In this document: positions 31,659 through 40,644 of the stretch, piece by piece
Numbering within the stretch: position 1 is the stretch's first letter
How the letters are laid out: each line of letters opens with the position of its first letter
DNA from: Candidatus Eiseniibacteriota bacterium
GTDB lineage: Bacteria > Eisenbacteria > RBG-16-71-46
Length of the DNA: 64,000 nt
Assembly: GCA_963707915.1 (NCBI GenBank)
Contig: OY970178.1
Span: 256,001 to 320,000 of the forward strand
Direction of reading: 5' to 3'
Notes under the pieces: generated by a model
What the model was told of the DNA's origin: nothing
The model's database searches: none
Seen by the model: only the letters and a program-made list of their open reading frames with translations
Position numbers and translations under genes: made by a program

Positions 31659-32807
31659 ATGAAGTTCCTGCGCTACTCCCTCTCCGCCCTCTGCCTGCTC
31701 GCCGCCCTCGGCTTCGCCGCCGACGCCCAGGCTGCGATCGGCTGGGCCGGCAACGTCTGGCCGCTCCACAACTCCGTCCAGGTCCCGACCGGTCCGGTCA
31801 CCGTGTACGCCCAGGCCTGGAAGGGTGGGGTCACCGATTCGCCCGGACAGGGCGCCGGCATCTCGGCCGAGCTGTTCTACAAGACCGACATCGCCCCGAC
31901 CGAAGTCAGCGTCGCGATGGCCTACCAGGGTGACGTCGGCAGCAACGACGAGTACAAGGGCGACGTGCCCCAGAGCGCCCTCGCCGGCGCCGCGTGGGTC
32001 GAGGTCCGGGTCGTCTTCACCGACCTCACCGACCTCACGACCTACACCGGCGTGAACGACCAGAACGGGAACCCGCCGCCGCAGCGCTACAGCATCACCA
32101 ACGTGCTGCCGAACGACGTCAACGTGAAGTTCACGATGTGCATGAGCGGCACGCCGACGACCGGCGCTCCCTGCGTCATCGGCAGCGCGGCGCAGATCGG
32201 TGCCTGGGGCACGGGGGTCGCGATGACCAACGTCTCCGGCGAGCTGTGGAACGTCACCGTCACCTTCCCGGCCGGCAGCAGCCCCGCCTTCGAGTACAAG
32301 TACAAGGCCGACGACTGCGTGAACTGGGAAGGCGTGGGGAACCACTCCGTCCTGCTGCCGACCAACGGCACCACGCTGGTCGAGCTGGCGCCGGACAGCT
32401 ACAACAACGCCCCGCTCGGCTGCGGCCTGGCCCCGCTGAGCGCGGACAAGGTCGTCTGCTACCGGCTGTGCATGGCGGGGGTCGCCGGTCCGGACGTCTG
32501 CGTGATCGGCTCCGGCCCGCAGCTCACGAACTGGAGCACGGGCGTGCCCATGACACTGATCGGCACCGACCTGTACGAGGCCTGCGTCACGTACGCGGCC
32601 GGCACCCCGATCCAGAACATCGAGTTCAAGTTCAAGAAGGACGGCTGCTCGACGTGGGAGAGCGTGGGCAACCGCCTGCTGACCATCGACAACGGCAGCC
32701 CGGCCTCGCAGACCCTCACCAACAGCTGGGACAACGGCGCGGCCTCGTGCTCGCCGGTCGACACCCGGCGCACCACCTGGGGCAAGGTGAAGTCGATCTA
32801 CCGGTAG
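31659..32807 (+). CDS. Secreted protein with an amylopullulanase-type accessory module, two CBM20-like domains and TTWGKVKSIYR tail
   Basis: GGAG RBS; signal ending AQA; VYAQAWKGGVTD; VIGSxxxxxxW...EYKY..WEGVGN and EFKF..WESVGNR. Confidence 0.8.
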   Translation: MKFLRYSLSALCLLAALGFAADAQAAIGWAGNVWPLHNSVQVPTGPVTVYAQAWKGGVTDSPGQGAGISAELFYKTDIAPTEVSVAMAYQGDVGSNDEYKGDVPQSALAGAAWVEVRVVFTDLTDLTTYTGVNDQNGNPPPQRYSITNVLPNDVNVKFTMCMSGTPTTGAPCVIGSAAQIGAWGTGVAMTNVSGELWNVTVTFPAGSSPAFEYKYKADDCVNWEGVGNHSVLLPTNGTTLVELAPDSYNNAPLGCGLAPLSADKVVCYRLCMAGVAGPDVCVIGSGPQLTNWSTGVPMTLIGTDLYEACVTYAAGTPIQNIEFKFKKDGCSTWESVGNRLLTIDNGSPASQTLTNSWDNGAASCSPVDTRRTTWGKVKSIYR

Positions 32808-32824
32808 ACCCGGGAACGGCGACG

Positions 32825-32859
32825 GCGAGGGGCGGGCTCTCACGGGCCCGCCCCTTCGC
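32825..32859 (+). terminator. GC-rich hairpin, probable terminator
   Basis: GCGAGGGGCGGGC...GCCCGCCCCTTCGC just downstream of the stop codon. Confidence 0.45.
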
Positions 32860-32925
32860 ATGGTGCGCCCGGCCAGGTGTCGGCCCGGACGCCCTGCCCC
32901 CGGCCGTTCTCGAACCGAACCTAGC

Positions 32926-33320
32926 TGTGGAGTCTCAGGACGTTGTTCTCACCCGGGGTCGCAACCGACTGAAGGGTGGTAGGCCGTCCAGACTACCGTG
33001 TGGACGTCTCTGGTTGTAGTAGCGAAGCCAGCGGGGCAGGACGCGGGCCCGGACCTCGGAGGTCAGGTAGGCGGCCCCGTAGGCCCACTCGCGGATCAGG
33101 GTCTGGATGAAGCGCTCGGCCTTGCCGTTCGTCCTCGGGCGGTAGGGCCGCGTACGTTTGTGGACCAAGCGCAGCCGTTCCACCTCGTGAGCAAAGCAGC
33201 GCGCGAGGTAGCCCGAGCCGTTGTCACTGAGGATTCGGCGGATGCGGATGCCCAAGGTGCGGAACCAGGCCACAGCACGACGCAGGAACGCTGCCGAGGT
33301 CACGCCGGTCTCGTCCCGCA
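32926..33320 (-). mobile_element. IS481-family remnant (3' part of transposase plus right end)
   Basis: AFLRRAVAWF, LSDNGSGY, TRPYRPRTNGKAERFIQTL, YNQRRPHGSL; terminus AACAACGTCCTGAGACTCCACA followed by GCTAGG (NCTAGN target). Confidence 0.88.
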
Positions 33321-34162
33321 GAGCCCTTGACGCCGCCCAGCGACAGGCCCGAGACCAGCCAGCGGTTGAGCAGCACGAAGAGCACCATCACCGGCACGCA
33401 GACCAGCAGGCTCCCGGCGGCGTAGTTGGCCCACTCGGTCTGGAACACGCCGGCCAGGCTCTCGAGCCCCAGCGGCAGCGTGTAGAGCCCGAGGCTGCTC
33501 ACCACGATGCGCGCCACCAGGAACTCGGACCAGGCGCTCATGAACGAGAACAACGCGGTGATGGTGAGCGCCGGGGCCGCGAGCGGCAGCGTGATGCGGG
33601 TGAACGCTGTCCACGGTCCGCAGCCGTCGATCAGCGCCGCCTGCTCGAGCTCGACCGGGATGGTGTCGTAGTAGCCGCGCATGGTCCACACGCAGAAGGG
33701 CAGCGCGGTGGCGGTGTACGCGATGGTCAGCCCGGCGAACGTGTCGAGGAGGTGCAGGGCCTTCATGAGCACGTAGAGCGGCAGCATCAGCATGGTGGCG
33801 GGGAAGAGCTGGGTGAGCAGGAACGAGTAGAGCCCGAGCCGCCAGCCCAGGAAGCGGAAGCGCGAGAAGGCGTAGGCCGCGGTCGAGGCCAGCACGACGC
33901 CGAACACCGTGACCGCGAGCGAGACCAGCGCGGAGTTGCGCATCCACAGCAGGAACTGCTTCTCGAACAGGATGGCCCGGTAGGCCTGCAGCGTGGCGTG
34001 CTCCGGGATCAGCGCCAGCGAGGTCGAGTAGAGCGAGTCGGTAGGCCGCAGCGACACGGTGACGATCTGCAGGATCGGGTAGACCGTGGCCAACGAGAAG
34101 AGGACCAGGAAGGCGTGCGTGAGCACGCTCGCCGCGCGGGGCCGGCGCCGGCCGGCGCTCAC
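33224..34162 (-). CDS. malG: Maltodextrin ABC permease MalG; natural end (GGVKG, ~33323) runs into IS sequence
   Basis: GTGA overlap with malF; YYDTIPVELEQAALIDG EAA loop; SLGGVKG end with no stop. Confidence 0.88.
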   Translation of the reverse strand: MSAGRRRPRAASVLTHAFLVLFSLATVYPILQIVTVSLRPTDSLYSTSLALIPEHATLQAYRAILFEKQFLLWMRNSALVSLAVTVFGVVLASTAAYAFSRFRFLGWRLGLYSFLLTQLFPATMLMLPLYVLMKALHLLDTFAGLTIAYTATALPFCVWTMRGYYDTIPVELEQAALIDGCGPWTAFTRITLPLAAPALTITALFSFMSAWSEFLVARIVVSSLGLYTLPLGLESLAGVFQTEWANYAAGSLLVCVPVMVLFVLLNRWLVSGLSLGGVKGSAGRDRRDLGSVPASCCGLVPHLGHPHPPNPQ

Positions 34163-35046
34163 GGCTTCGACTCCAGCGGGGCGGCGCGGCGCAGCGTGAA
34201 GACGACGAAGCCCAGCAGGATGAGGAACACCACCACGGAGAACGCGGCCGCGTAGGAGTAGCGGTAGTAGGTGAAGGCCGCCTTGTAGATCCAGGTGACC
34301 ATGATGTGGGTCTGGTCGGCGGGGCGCCCCTGCTGCGAGACCAGCCAGATCACCACCATGTTGTTGAAGGTCCAGACCGTTCCGAGCAGCACCGCCGGCG
34401 TGAGCACCGGCAGGATCTGCGGCCAGGTGACGTGCCGGAAGCGGTGCCAGGCGTTGGCGCCGTCCAGTTCCGCGGCCTCGTAGAGGTCGCGGGGGATGGC
34501 GGTGAGCGCGCCCAGCGACACCACCATCATGAACGGGAAGCCGAGCCAGATGTTGACGATGACCGGCGCCACGAACGCCCAGGTCGGGTCGGAGAGCCAG
34601 GGCACGGCCGGGAGATGGAGGCGCTGCAGGATCAGGTTCACCGCCCCGTATTCGTAGTTGAACATCCCGCGCCAGGTGAGGGCCGAGATGTACTGGGGCA
34701 TCGCCCAGGGCAGGATGAGCAGCGTCCGGTAGAACCCGCGCCCGCGCACCGGGCCGGCCAGCAGCACCGCCAGGAACAGGCCGATGGCCACGTGGAAGGA
34801 GACGTTCAGGACCGTCCACAGCAGCGACTTGGCGAACAGCACGTAGAGGACCGGCTGCGAGAACAGCTCCCGGAACTGCGCCAGCCCCACGAACGTGTGG
34901 TCCGTGAAATGGTAGAGGCTCATGTTCCGGAAGGCGAGGTAGAAGTTGTAGACCAGCGGGAACAGCACCACCAGCAGCATCGCCGCCATGGCCGGCAGCA
35001 GCAGCAGGTAGGGGAAGGAGCGCGGCGCGCGGATCGTGGCGTTCAC
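34159..35046 (-). CDS. malF: Maltodextrin ABC permease MalF-type
   Basis: LILPWAMPQYIS, NIWLGFPFMM, IPRDLYEAAELDGA. Confidence 0.9.
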   Translation of the reverse strand: MNATIRAPRSFPYLLLLPAMAAMLLVVLFPLVYNFYLAFRNMSLYHFTDHTFVGLAQFRELFSQPVLYVLFAKSLLWTVLNVSFHVAIGLFLAVLLAGPVRGRGFYRTLLILPWAMPQYISALTWRGMFNYEYGAVNLILQRLHLPAVPWLSDPTWAFVAPVIVNIWLGFPFMMVVSLGALTAIPRDLYEAAELDGANAWHRFRHVTWPQILPVLTPAVLLGTVWTFNNMVVIWLVSQQGRPADQTHIMVTWIYKAAFTYYRYSYAAAFSVVVFLILLGFVVFTLRRAAPLESKP

Positions 35047-35050
35047 GTCG

Positions 35051-36274
35051 CTACTTCTTCATGTTCGCGATCTGGGAGACGGCGTTCAGCTGCATGTCCT
35101 TCGCCGCCTGGGCCGGCGTCTTGACGCCGTTCATCACGTTCTGCATCTCCGGCCGCATGGCGTCCCAGATCACGCGCATCTCGGGCACGACCGGCATGCG
35201 CCGGCCCCGCCCGATGGCGACCAGCGACACGGCCAGGTACGGGTCCTGCAAGAGCGTGGAATCGCGGTAGGCGGCGCGGTGGCTCGGCAGGATGGCCAGT
35301 TCCCGCACCGAGCGCAGCTCGGCCTCGGGGGAGGTGAGGAAGCTCACCAGCTCGGTCACCAGCGGCATCTTCTCCTTCGGCACGTTCACGCTGATGGAGT
35401 AGCCCTTGCTCGCCACCATGGGCTCGGCCCAGCGCCCGCCCGGGAGCCGGAAGATCGGGGCGATGCCGAGGTCCACTCCGGCCTTGCGGTAGGCGGACCA
35501 CGACCACGGGCCGTTCACGATCATCGCGGCCTTGCCCTCCTTGAACAGGGTCTCCGCGATCTGGTAGTCCGACTCCAGCGGCATCAGCCGCTGATCGCGC
35601 AGGTCCTTCACGAAGGCCAGCGCCCGGGCCATGGCGGGTGAATCGAGCGTGGGCCGGGCCTGCGCGTCCATGATCCAGCCGCCGTAGCCGCCCAGGAAGG
35701 GCACCAGCCAGTAGGGCTCCGTGACGTTCATCGCGAACCCGTAGACCCCGCCGCGACTGAGCTTCCGGGCCACCGCGACGAATTCCTCGGCGGTCTCCGG
35801 CGCCTTCGGCACCAGCTTGCGGTTGAAGCACAGCACCAGGTGGTTGCCGACCTGGTCGGGCGCGGCCCACAGGTGGCCGGCGAGCGTGTCGAGCGCGTTC
35901 GGGACGAAGCGATCGAAGAACCCCGCCGGCAGCGCCTGGTCGAGCGGCTGGATGGTCTGGAGCAGCGAGAGCGGGCCCACCTGGTCCGACGGCCCGAACA
36001 CCAGATCGGGCCCGCCGCCGCCGGAGACCGCGGTCTGGAACTGCGTGCGCAACTGCTCCGTCTCGTACGGGGTGTGCTGGATCTCGACGCCCGGATGGGT
36101 CTGCCGGAACGCCGCGAGGTTGGCCTCGAACCGAAGGCGCTCTTCGGGGTCCATCTGCTCCCAGATGACGATCGTGCGGCCGGGCTTGGCGCCCGACTTC
36201 GGTGCGCACGACAGGCTGGACAGGGCGAGCAGCGCGCACAGGGCGAGCCGGGCGGAACGCTGGACCCGCATCAT
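35051..36274 (-). CDS. malE: Maltodextrin-binding lipoprotein (MalE-type)
   Basis: Lipobox SLSC; GPDLVFGPSDQVG, FKEGKAAMIVNGPW, MPVVPEMRVIW. Confidence 0.88.
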   Translation of the reverse strand: MMRVQRSARLALCALLALSSLSCAPKSGAKPGRTIVIWEQMDPEERLRFEANLAAFRQTHPGVEIQHTPYETEQLRTQFQTAVSGGGGPDLVFGPSDQVGPLSLLQTIQPLDQALPAGFFDRFVPNALDTLAGHLWAAPDQVGNHLVLCFNRKLVPKAPETAEEFVAVARKLSRGGVYGFAMNVTEPYWLVPFLGGYGGWIMDAQARPTLDSPAMARALAFVKDLRDQRLMPLESDYQIAETLFKEGKAAMIVNGPWSWSAYRKAGVDLGIAPIFRLPGGRWAEPMVASKGYSISVNVPKEKMPLVTELVSFLTSPEAELRSVRELAILPSHRAAYRDSTLLQDPYLAVSLVAIGRGRRMPVVPEMRVIWDAMRPEMQNVMNGVKTPAQAAKDMQLNAVSQIANMKK

Positions 36275-36438
36275 CGGGGCCTCCCTCGGGGCGGACGTGG
36301 ACCTTGGCCGGGCCTCGCGGCACGTCCCGCCGGGTCTGCGGGTGAGGACGGGCTGCGCCGCGTTGGCCACGGAGCGCGGTTCGCCGACGGGCCGGACGCG
36401 CCGCACGACCGCGCGGCGCGTCCGGCAGCCGTCGTGCG

Positions 36439-39400
36439 TCAGGGCAGGATGATGAGCCGCTTCACCTGCTGGCTGGCGCCGGCCGAGAGTCGCACGAAGT
36501 AGAGACCCGACGCAAGGCTCCGGCCGCCGTTGTCGCGCCCGTCGCAGGCCACGCGGTACTCGCCGGCTGGCTGCACCGCGCGCACCAGCGTGCGCACCAG
36601 CCGCCCGCCCAGGTCGTAGACCTCGAGCGAGACCGCCACCGGCCCGTGCGTGCCGGGCAGCGCGTAGGCGACGATCGAGCGGCCGCGCGTCGGGTTGGGG
36701 ACCGGCGTGGCGAGCGACAGCGCGCGCACCGCCGGCGCCCCGCGGTCCACGGCGACCGGCGGGCCCTGGAACTGGATGCTGGTCTGGGCGGCCGCGTTGT
36801 GGAAGCACGAGACGTCGGCCACGCCGCTGGCGATCGCCGTGTAGGGCACGTGGGACATGGGCGAGACCAGCAGGCGGACGCTCTGCTGGTCGGCCTGCAG
36901 CGTGGCGCTGCGCACCTCGAGCGAGGCCGAGGGGTTGCCGGTCTGGTAGATGGTGTAGCGGGTGGCCTGGTTCGCGGTGGCCGCGGTCACGGGCTCGTCG
37001 AACTGGACCGTGATGACGCTGTCCCAGCCGGTGTAGGCCGCGCCCACGAGGGTGGGGGCGGTGCGGTCGGTCGCGTCGGGCACGCCGTCGGCGTTCGCGT
37101 CCACAGTGACGAGCCGGAAGTCGTCGAGGGTCGGGGCGGTGGCAGCGAGGTTGTTCGGGGCCTGGTCGCCGCCGAGCGCGCCGCCCGGCTCGGGGTCCCA
37201 GGCCAGCGAGGCCACGAAGCCGACCGAGGCGCCGGACGGGACGCGACCGGCGCCCAGGCCGTAGAGCGTGTTCCAGGGGATGGCGATCTCGCTGCCGCCG
37301 TTGAGCCCGTGGGTGTGCATGGGGTCGAAGGCCGCGAGGATGGCCGGCGTCGAGTCGGCGGAGGTCGTGGCGCTCGTCAGCTTCCAGAACGACTGCCCGT
37401 CGTAGATGCCCTGGTGCTGGTAGGAGCCGAACTGCCAGTCCGGCTTGAACCCGGCCGCCGTGAACTGCGCTCCGCGTTCCCAGTGATCGATGGTCCGCAG
37501 GTCGGTGAATCCGTTGGGGCCGTTCGGGTCGGTGTCGAGGTAGAGCAGCCAGGAGTTGCCCGTGACCACGCCACGGATGCCCAGGTAGAGGTAGGTGCTG
37601 TCCCACTGGCAGTAGACCGCCTGGATCTCGTTGTTCGTCTGCCCCGGCGAGTTCCAGCCCGAGTCGAACGAGTCGGCGACCGCCATGGTGCAGGACGGCC
37701 ACTCGGACGGGTTGACGTAGCCGTCGAGGGTGATGAGCGTCGGCGGGCCGTAGGAGACCGGCACGTTGCCCGCGTTGGTGAGCAGGGCGCACGGGTTCGC
37801 CGCCGGATCCCGCACCGCGCCCGGCTGCAGCAGCAGGCGCATCTGGTTGTGGTCGACGCCCTGGATGGCGGTGTGGACCGCGCCCGAGACCAGGATCGTG
37901 AGGATCGCGCTGTTCGCGCCGTTCAGCACCGTGCAGCCGCCGTCGAGCGTGACCTCGGCGGTGCCGTCGTTGTTCGCGTCGACGGCGATGCCGGCCATCG
38001 TGACCTGGTCGTAGCGCACGGTCTCGTCGAAGGTGAGCGTCAACTGGTGGGTGGCGGGGAAGTAGGTCCCGCTCACCGCCTCGGGCGGGAGCCGGTCGCC
38101 GAGCGCGGCGGACAGCGCCTGCAGCTCCGCCACGTTGCCGCCGCCGTCGGGCGCGGAGGTCGGGCCGGCGTAGACGTAGAACTCGAACTTCTGCGTGCCG
38201 CGCACCTCGTCGGCCTTCATCAACGTGCCGCCGACCTCCTTCTGGAACTGGGCGCCGCCGCCGCCGAGCACGAAGGCGCCGGTCGCCCCGGTGTTCGGGT
38301 TGCGCCGGCCCATGTAGGAGATGTCGGGGGCCCAGATGCGGTCCATGCGGGCGTTGTAGAGCAGGTCCACCAGGTCGGGCGTCCAGCCGCTCTGGATGTA
38401 CTGGGTGTTGGCGCCGACGCGGTAGACGCAGTCCAGGTAGGGCTGGCCGAGCGTCAGGCGCACCACCTTCTTCACGCCGGAGTGGGCGAACGTGGCCTGG
38501 ACGGTGTTCCCCGACGAGGTGTCCACCTGCATCGCGTAGAACTCGCCCTGGTGGTCGGGGCCGACGTCCGAGAGCGCGGCGACGTGGTTGCCGTCGTTGT
38601 AGTCGCCCTCGGTGCCGTACCAGTAGGCGTTGTCCACCCCCACCACCGAGAAGCTGGCCGGGCCGCTCTTCGCGAACACCCACGGGGCCCGCCCGCCGAT
38701 CGACTCGAAGGCCGCCAGCACGCGGTCGTTGTACATCACCAGCTCGCTGTTGCCGTCGTCGTCGATGTCCGAGAAGTAGGCGCCCGTCGGATTGACGAAC
38801 TGTCCGCCGGCCCAGCGGGCCGCCTCGGCGTAGACGCTCGCGTTCTTGATGTGCGCCGAGTACTGGCGCTGCCAGCCCGAGAGCGGTCCGCCGAGGTAGT
38901 CGTGCCAGCCGGTCTCGTGCAGGTTGGTCATCATCACGTACCAGCCGGCCTCGCGGATGTTGTTGTCCGGGGCGGCCTGCAGCGCCGCGTGCGCATCGTT
39001 CCAGAGCGTGCCGTGGTCCTTGCAGTTGCCGCCCGTGCCCGCGCAGCCGCCGCTGCCGTTGCCGCCGGTGGAGTAGGGGACGTAGCCGGCCCAGTCGGCG
39101 TACCAGGCGTTGTTGTTGCCGCCGTAGCCGTTGACGTCGCCGATCCCGCCGTAGGTGCCGTTGGCCGGCGTGAAGGTGTCGCCGTTGAAGTTGGCGTTGG
39201 CCAGCGCCGGATCGAGCTTCCAGGTGTGCAGCCACGCGCTCTCGGTGGCGCACTTGTCGATCATCCACTGGTAGGTGCCGTAGGCGTAGGGGAAGTCGGT
39301 CGCCCAGTTGCCCAGCCCGGCGGCCATCTCCCAGTCGTCCGCGTAGGTGACGAGACGGTAGGTGCCCAGCCCGGAGCCTGCGAGTCCGGAGAGCACCGCG

Positions 39401-40644
39401 AGCGCCCCGGCGCCGTCGCCGGAGTGGAGCTTGCCGGTGAAATCGGAGTCGCGCGGGATCAGGCGCAGGCCGGTGCCGGACATCGTGTGGATCCGGTGGT
39501 TGTCGTGGCCTTGGAGGTGGGGCCAGTCGTCGAGGATCACGCCGTCGATGCCGTGCGACTGCCAGTGGTTCGAGGTCGCATCGATGACCCCGTCGCCGGG
39601 GTACTGGCCGGGCGTGAGCCAGACCCGCTCGGGCACCCAGGCGACATGCGGCGTGTAGCCGTAGCGCCAGGTGTCCATCGCGACCTGGCGATCGATCGCC
39701 CAGTCGTTCATCGCTCCCTGCAGGAACGGCAGGATGGGCTGGCCGTAGGCCGAGGAGACGATGCCCAGCCAGCCGGCCGTCACGCCCGCGCGCATCCACG
39801 CGTTGAAGTCCACCGGGTCGCCGTTCCTCGCGTCCCACTCGGCCGAGGACTGCAGCAGCCCGCTCAGGTGGACGTTGACCGGAACGTTCTTGTTCTGGTG
39901 GACGCGCAGGATCTCGTCGAACCCGCTGGAGGCCTCGGCGCCCGATCGGCCGTGGAAGACGTCGCTGTAGGTGAGCCCCTGGTTGCCGAAGTGCATGAAG
40001 GCGACGTTCGCCTCGTAGGCCGCAGCCTGCTGCCCGCCCAGTGGGACCACCAGGCGGTCGAGCTCGCGGCCCCGCGCCAGCGTGATGACCGCGGCCTGCC
40101 GCGGCGCGCCGGCGCCGCGCGGCAGCGAGGCGGCGAGCCACCCCTGCTCGAGGTGGAAGGCGGCGCGATCGGCCGCGAGCGGCGTGCCGGGCTCGAGCGC
40201 GGCGGCGCTCACCAGTGCCGGTCGGTCGGCGCCCGGCTCCAGGACGACCATCCGGTCCCAGGCGAAGGGCGCCCGTCCCCGCAGCGGCGCCGGCAGGTCG
40301 GTGTTGCGGCCGGTCCCCTCGTCCAGCAGGAGGAGGGCGCGGACCTGCCCGCGCTCGAAGTGGTTGACGCGGTCGCGGATTCCCAGCGGGGCCACCAGGC
40401 TCACGCGGAACGTGAGGTCATCCCCCTCATCGTAGTATAATGCAAGGATGTTGGCGGCACTCTCGAGCTCGCCGACACCGGTCCGGATGTGGCCGATGCC
40501 GACGACCGAGCCGCGCGGCCAGGCGTCGGGGCGGGCGAGCAGGGCCTCCGCCCGCCGGGGAACCGCCGCGGACGCCGAGAGGGCGATGAGCGAACCCAGG
40601 AGGATGACGAAGGTGACGAGGACGTGGGGGCGGGCAGGTCGCAT
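36439..40644 (-). CDS. Secreted GH57 alpha-amylase/4-alpha-glucanotransferase-like multidomain enzyme with DOMON-like, Ig-like and FlgD/T9SS-like CTD
   Basis: Signal peptide; MHFGNQ, YGQPILP, WVPERVW, YADDWE GH57-like motifs; DIDDDGNSELVMYND; PVPNP...YDLGGRLVRTL. Confidence 0.8.
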   Translation of the reverse strand: MRPARPHVLVTFVILLGSLIALSASAAVPRRAEALLARPDAWPRGSVVGIGHIRTGVGELESAANILALYYDEGDDLTFRVSLVAPLGIRDRVNHFERGQVRALLLLDEGTGRNTDLPAPLRGRAPFAWDRMVVLEPGADRPALVSAAALEPGTPLAADRAAFHLEQGWLAASLPRGAGAPRQAAVITLARGRELDRLVVPLGGQQAAAYEANVAFMHFGNQGLTYSDVFHGRSGAEASSGFDEILRVHQNKNVPVNVHLSGLLQSSAEWDARNGDPVDFNAWMRAGVTAGWLGIVSSAYGQPILPFLQGAMNDWAIDRQVAMDTWRYGYTPHVAWVPERVWLTPGQYPGDGVIDATSNHWQSHGIDGVILDDWPHLQGHDNHRIHTMSGTGLRLIPRDSDFTGKLHSGDGAGALAVLSGLAGSGLGTYRLVTYADDWEMAAGLGNWATDFPYAYGTYQWMIDKCATESAWLHTWKLDPALANANFNGDTFTPANGTYGGIGDVNGYGGNNNAWYADWAGYVPYSTGGNGSGGCAGTGGNCKDHGTLWNDAHAALQAAPDNNIREAGWYVMMTNLHETGWHDYLGGPLSGWQRQYSAHIKNASVYAEAARWAGGQFVNPTGAYFSDIDDDGNSELVMYNDRVLAAFESIGGRAPWVFAKSGPASFSVVGVDNAYWYGTEGDYNDGNHVAALSDVGPDHQGEFYAMQVDTSSGNTVQATFAHSGVKKVVRLTLGQPYLDCVYRVGANTQYIQSGWTPDLVDLLYNARMDRIWAPDISYMGRRNPNTGATGAFVLGGGGAQFQKEVGGTLMKADEVRGTQKFEFYVYAGPTSAPDGGGNVAELQALSAALGDRLPPEAVSGTYFPATHQLTLTFDETVRYDQVTMAGIAVDANNDGTAEVTLDGGCTVLNGANSAILTILVSGAVHTAIQGVDHNQMRLLLQPGAVRDPAANPCALLTNAGNVPVSYGPPTLITLDGYVNPSEWPSCTMAVADSFDSGWNSPGQTNNEIQAVYCQWDSTYLYLGIRGVVTGNSWLLYLDTDPNGPNGFTDLRTIDHWERGAQFTAAGFKPDWQFGSYQHQGIYDGQSFWKLTSATTSADSTPAILAAFDPMHTHGLNGGSEIAIPWNTLYGLGAGRVPSGASVGFVASLAWDPEPGGALGGDQAPNNLAATAPTLDDFRLVTVDANADGVPDATDRTAPTLVGAAYTGWDSVITVQFDEPVTAATANQATRYTIYQTGNPSASLEVRSATLQADQQSVRLLVSPMSHVPYTAIASGVADVSCFHNAAAQTSIQFQGPPVAVDRGAPAVRALSLATPVPNPTRGRSIVAYALPGTHGPVAVSLEVYDLGGRLVRTLVRAVQPAGEYRVACDGRDNGGRSLASGLYFVRLSAGASQQVKRLIILP

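Noticed and set aside
36275..40141. 1696-aa ORF ending in malE
   Set aside because: Off-frame read of the GH57 gene; the lipoprotein signal starts at 36274
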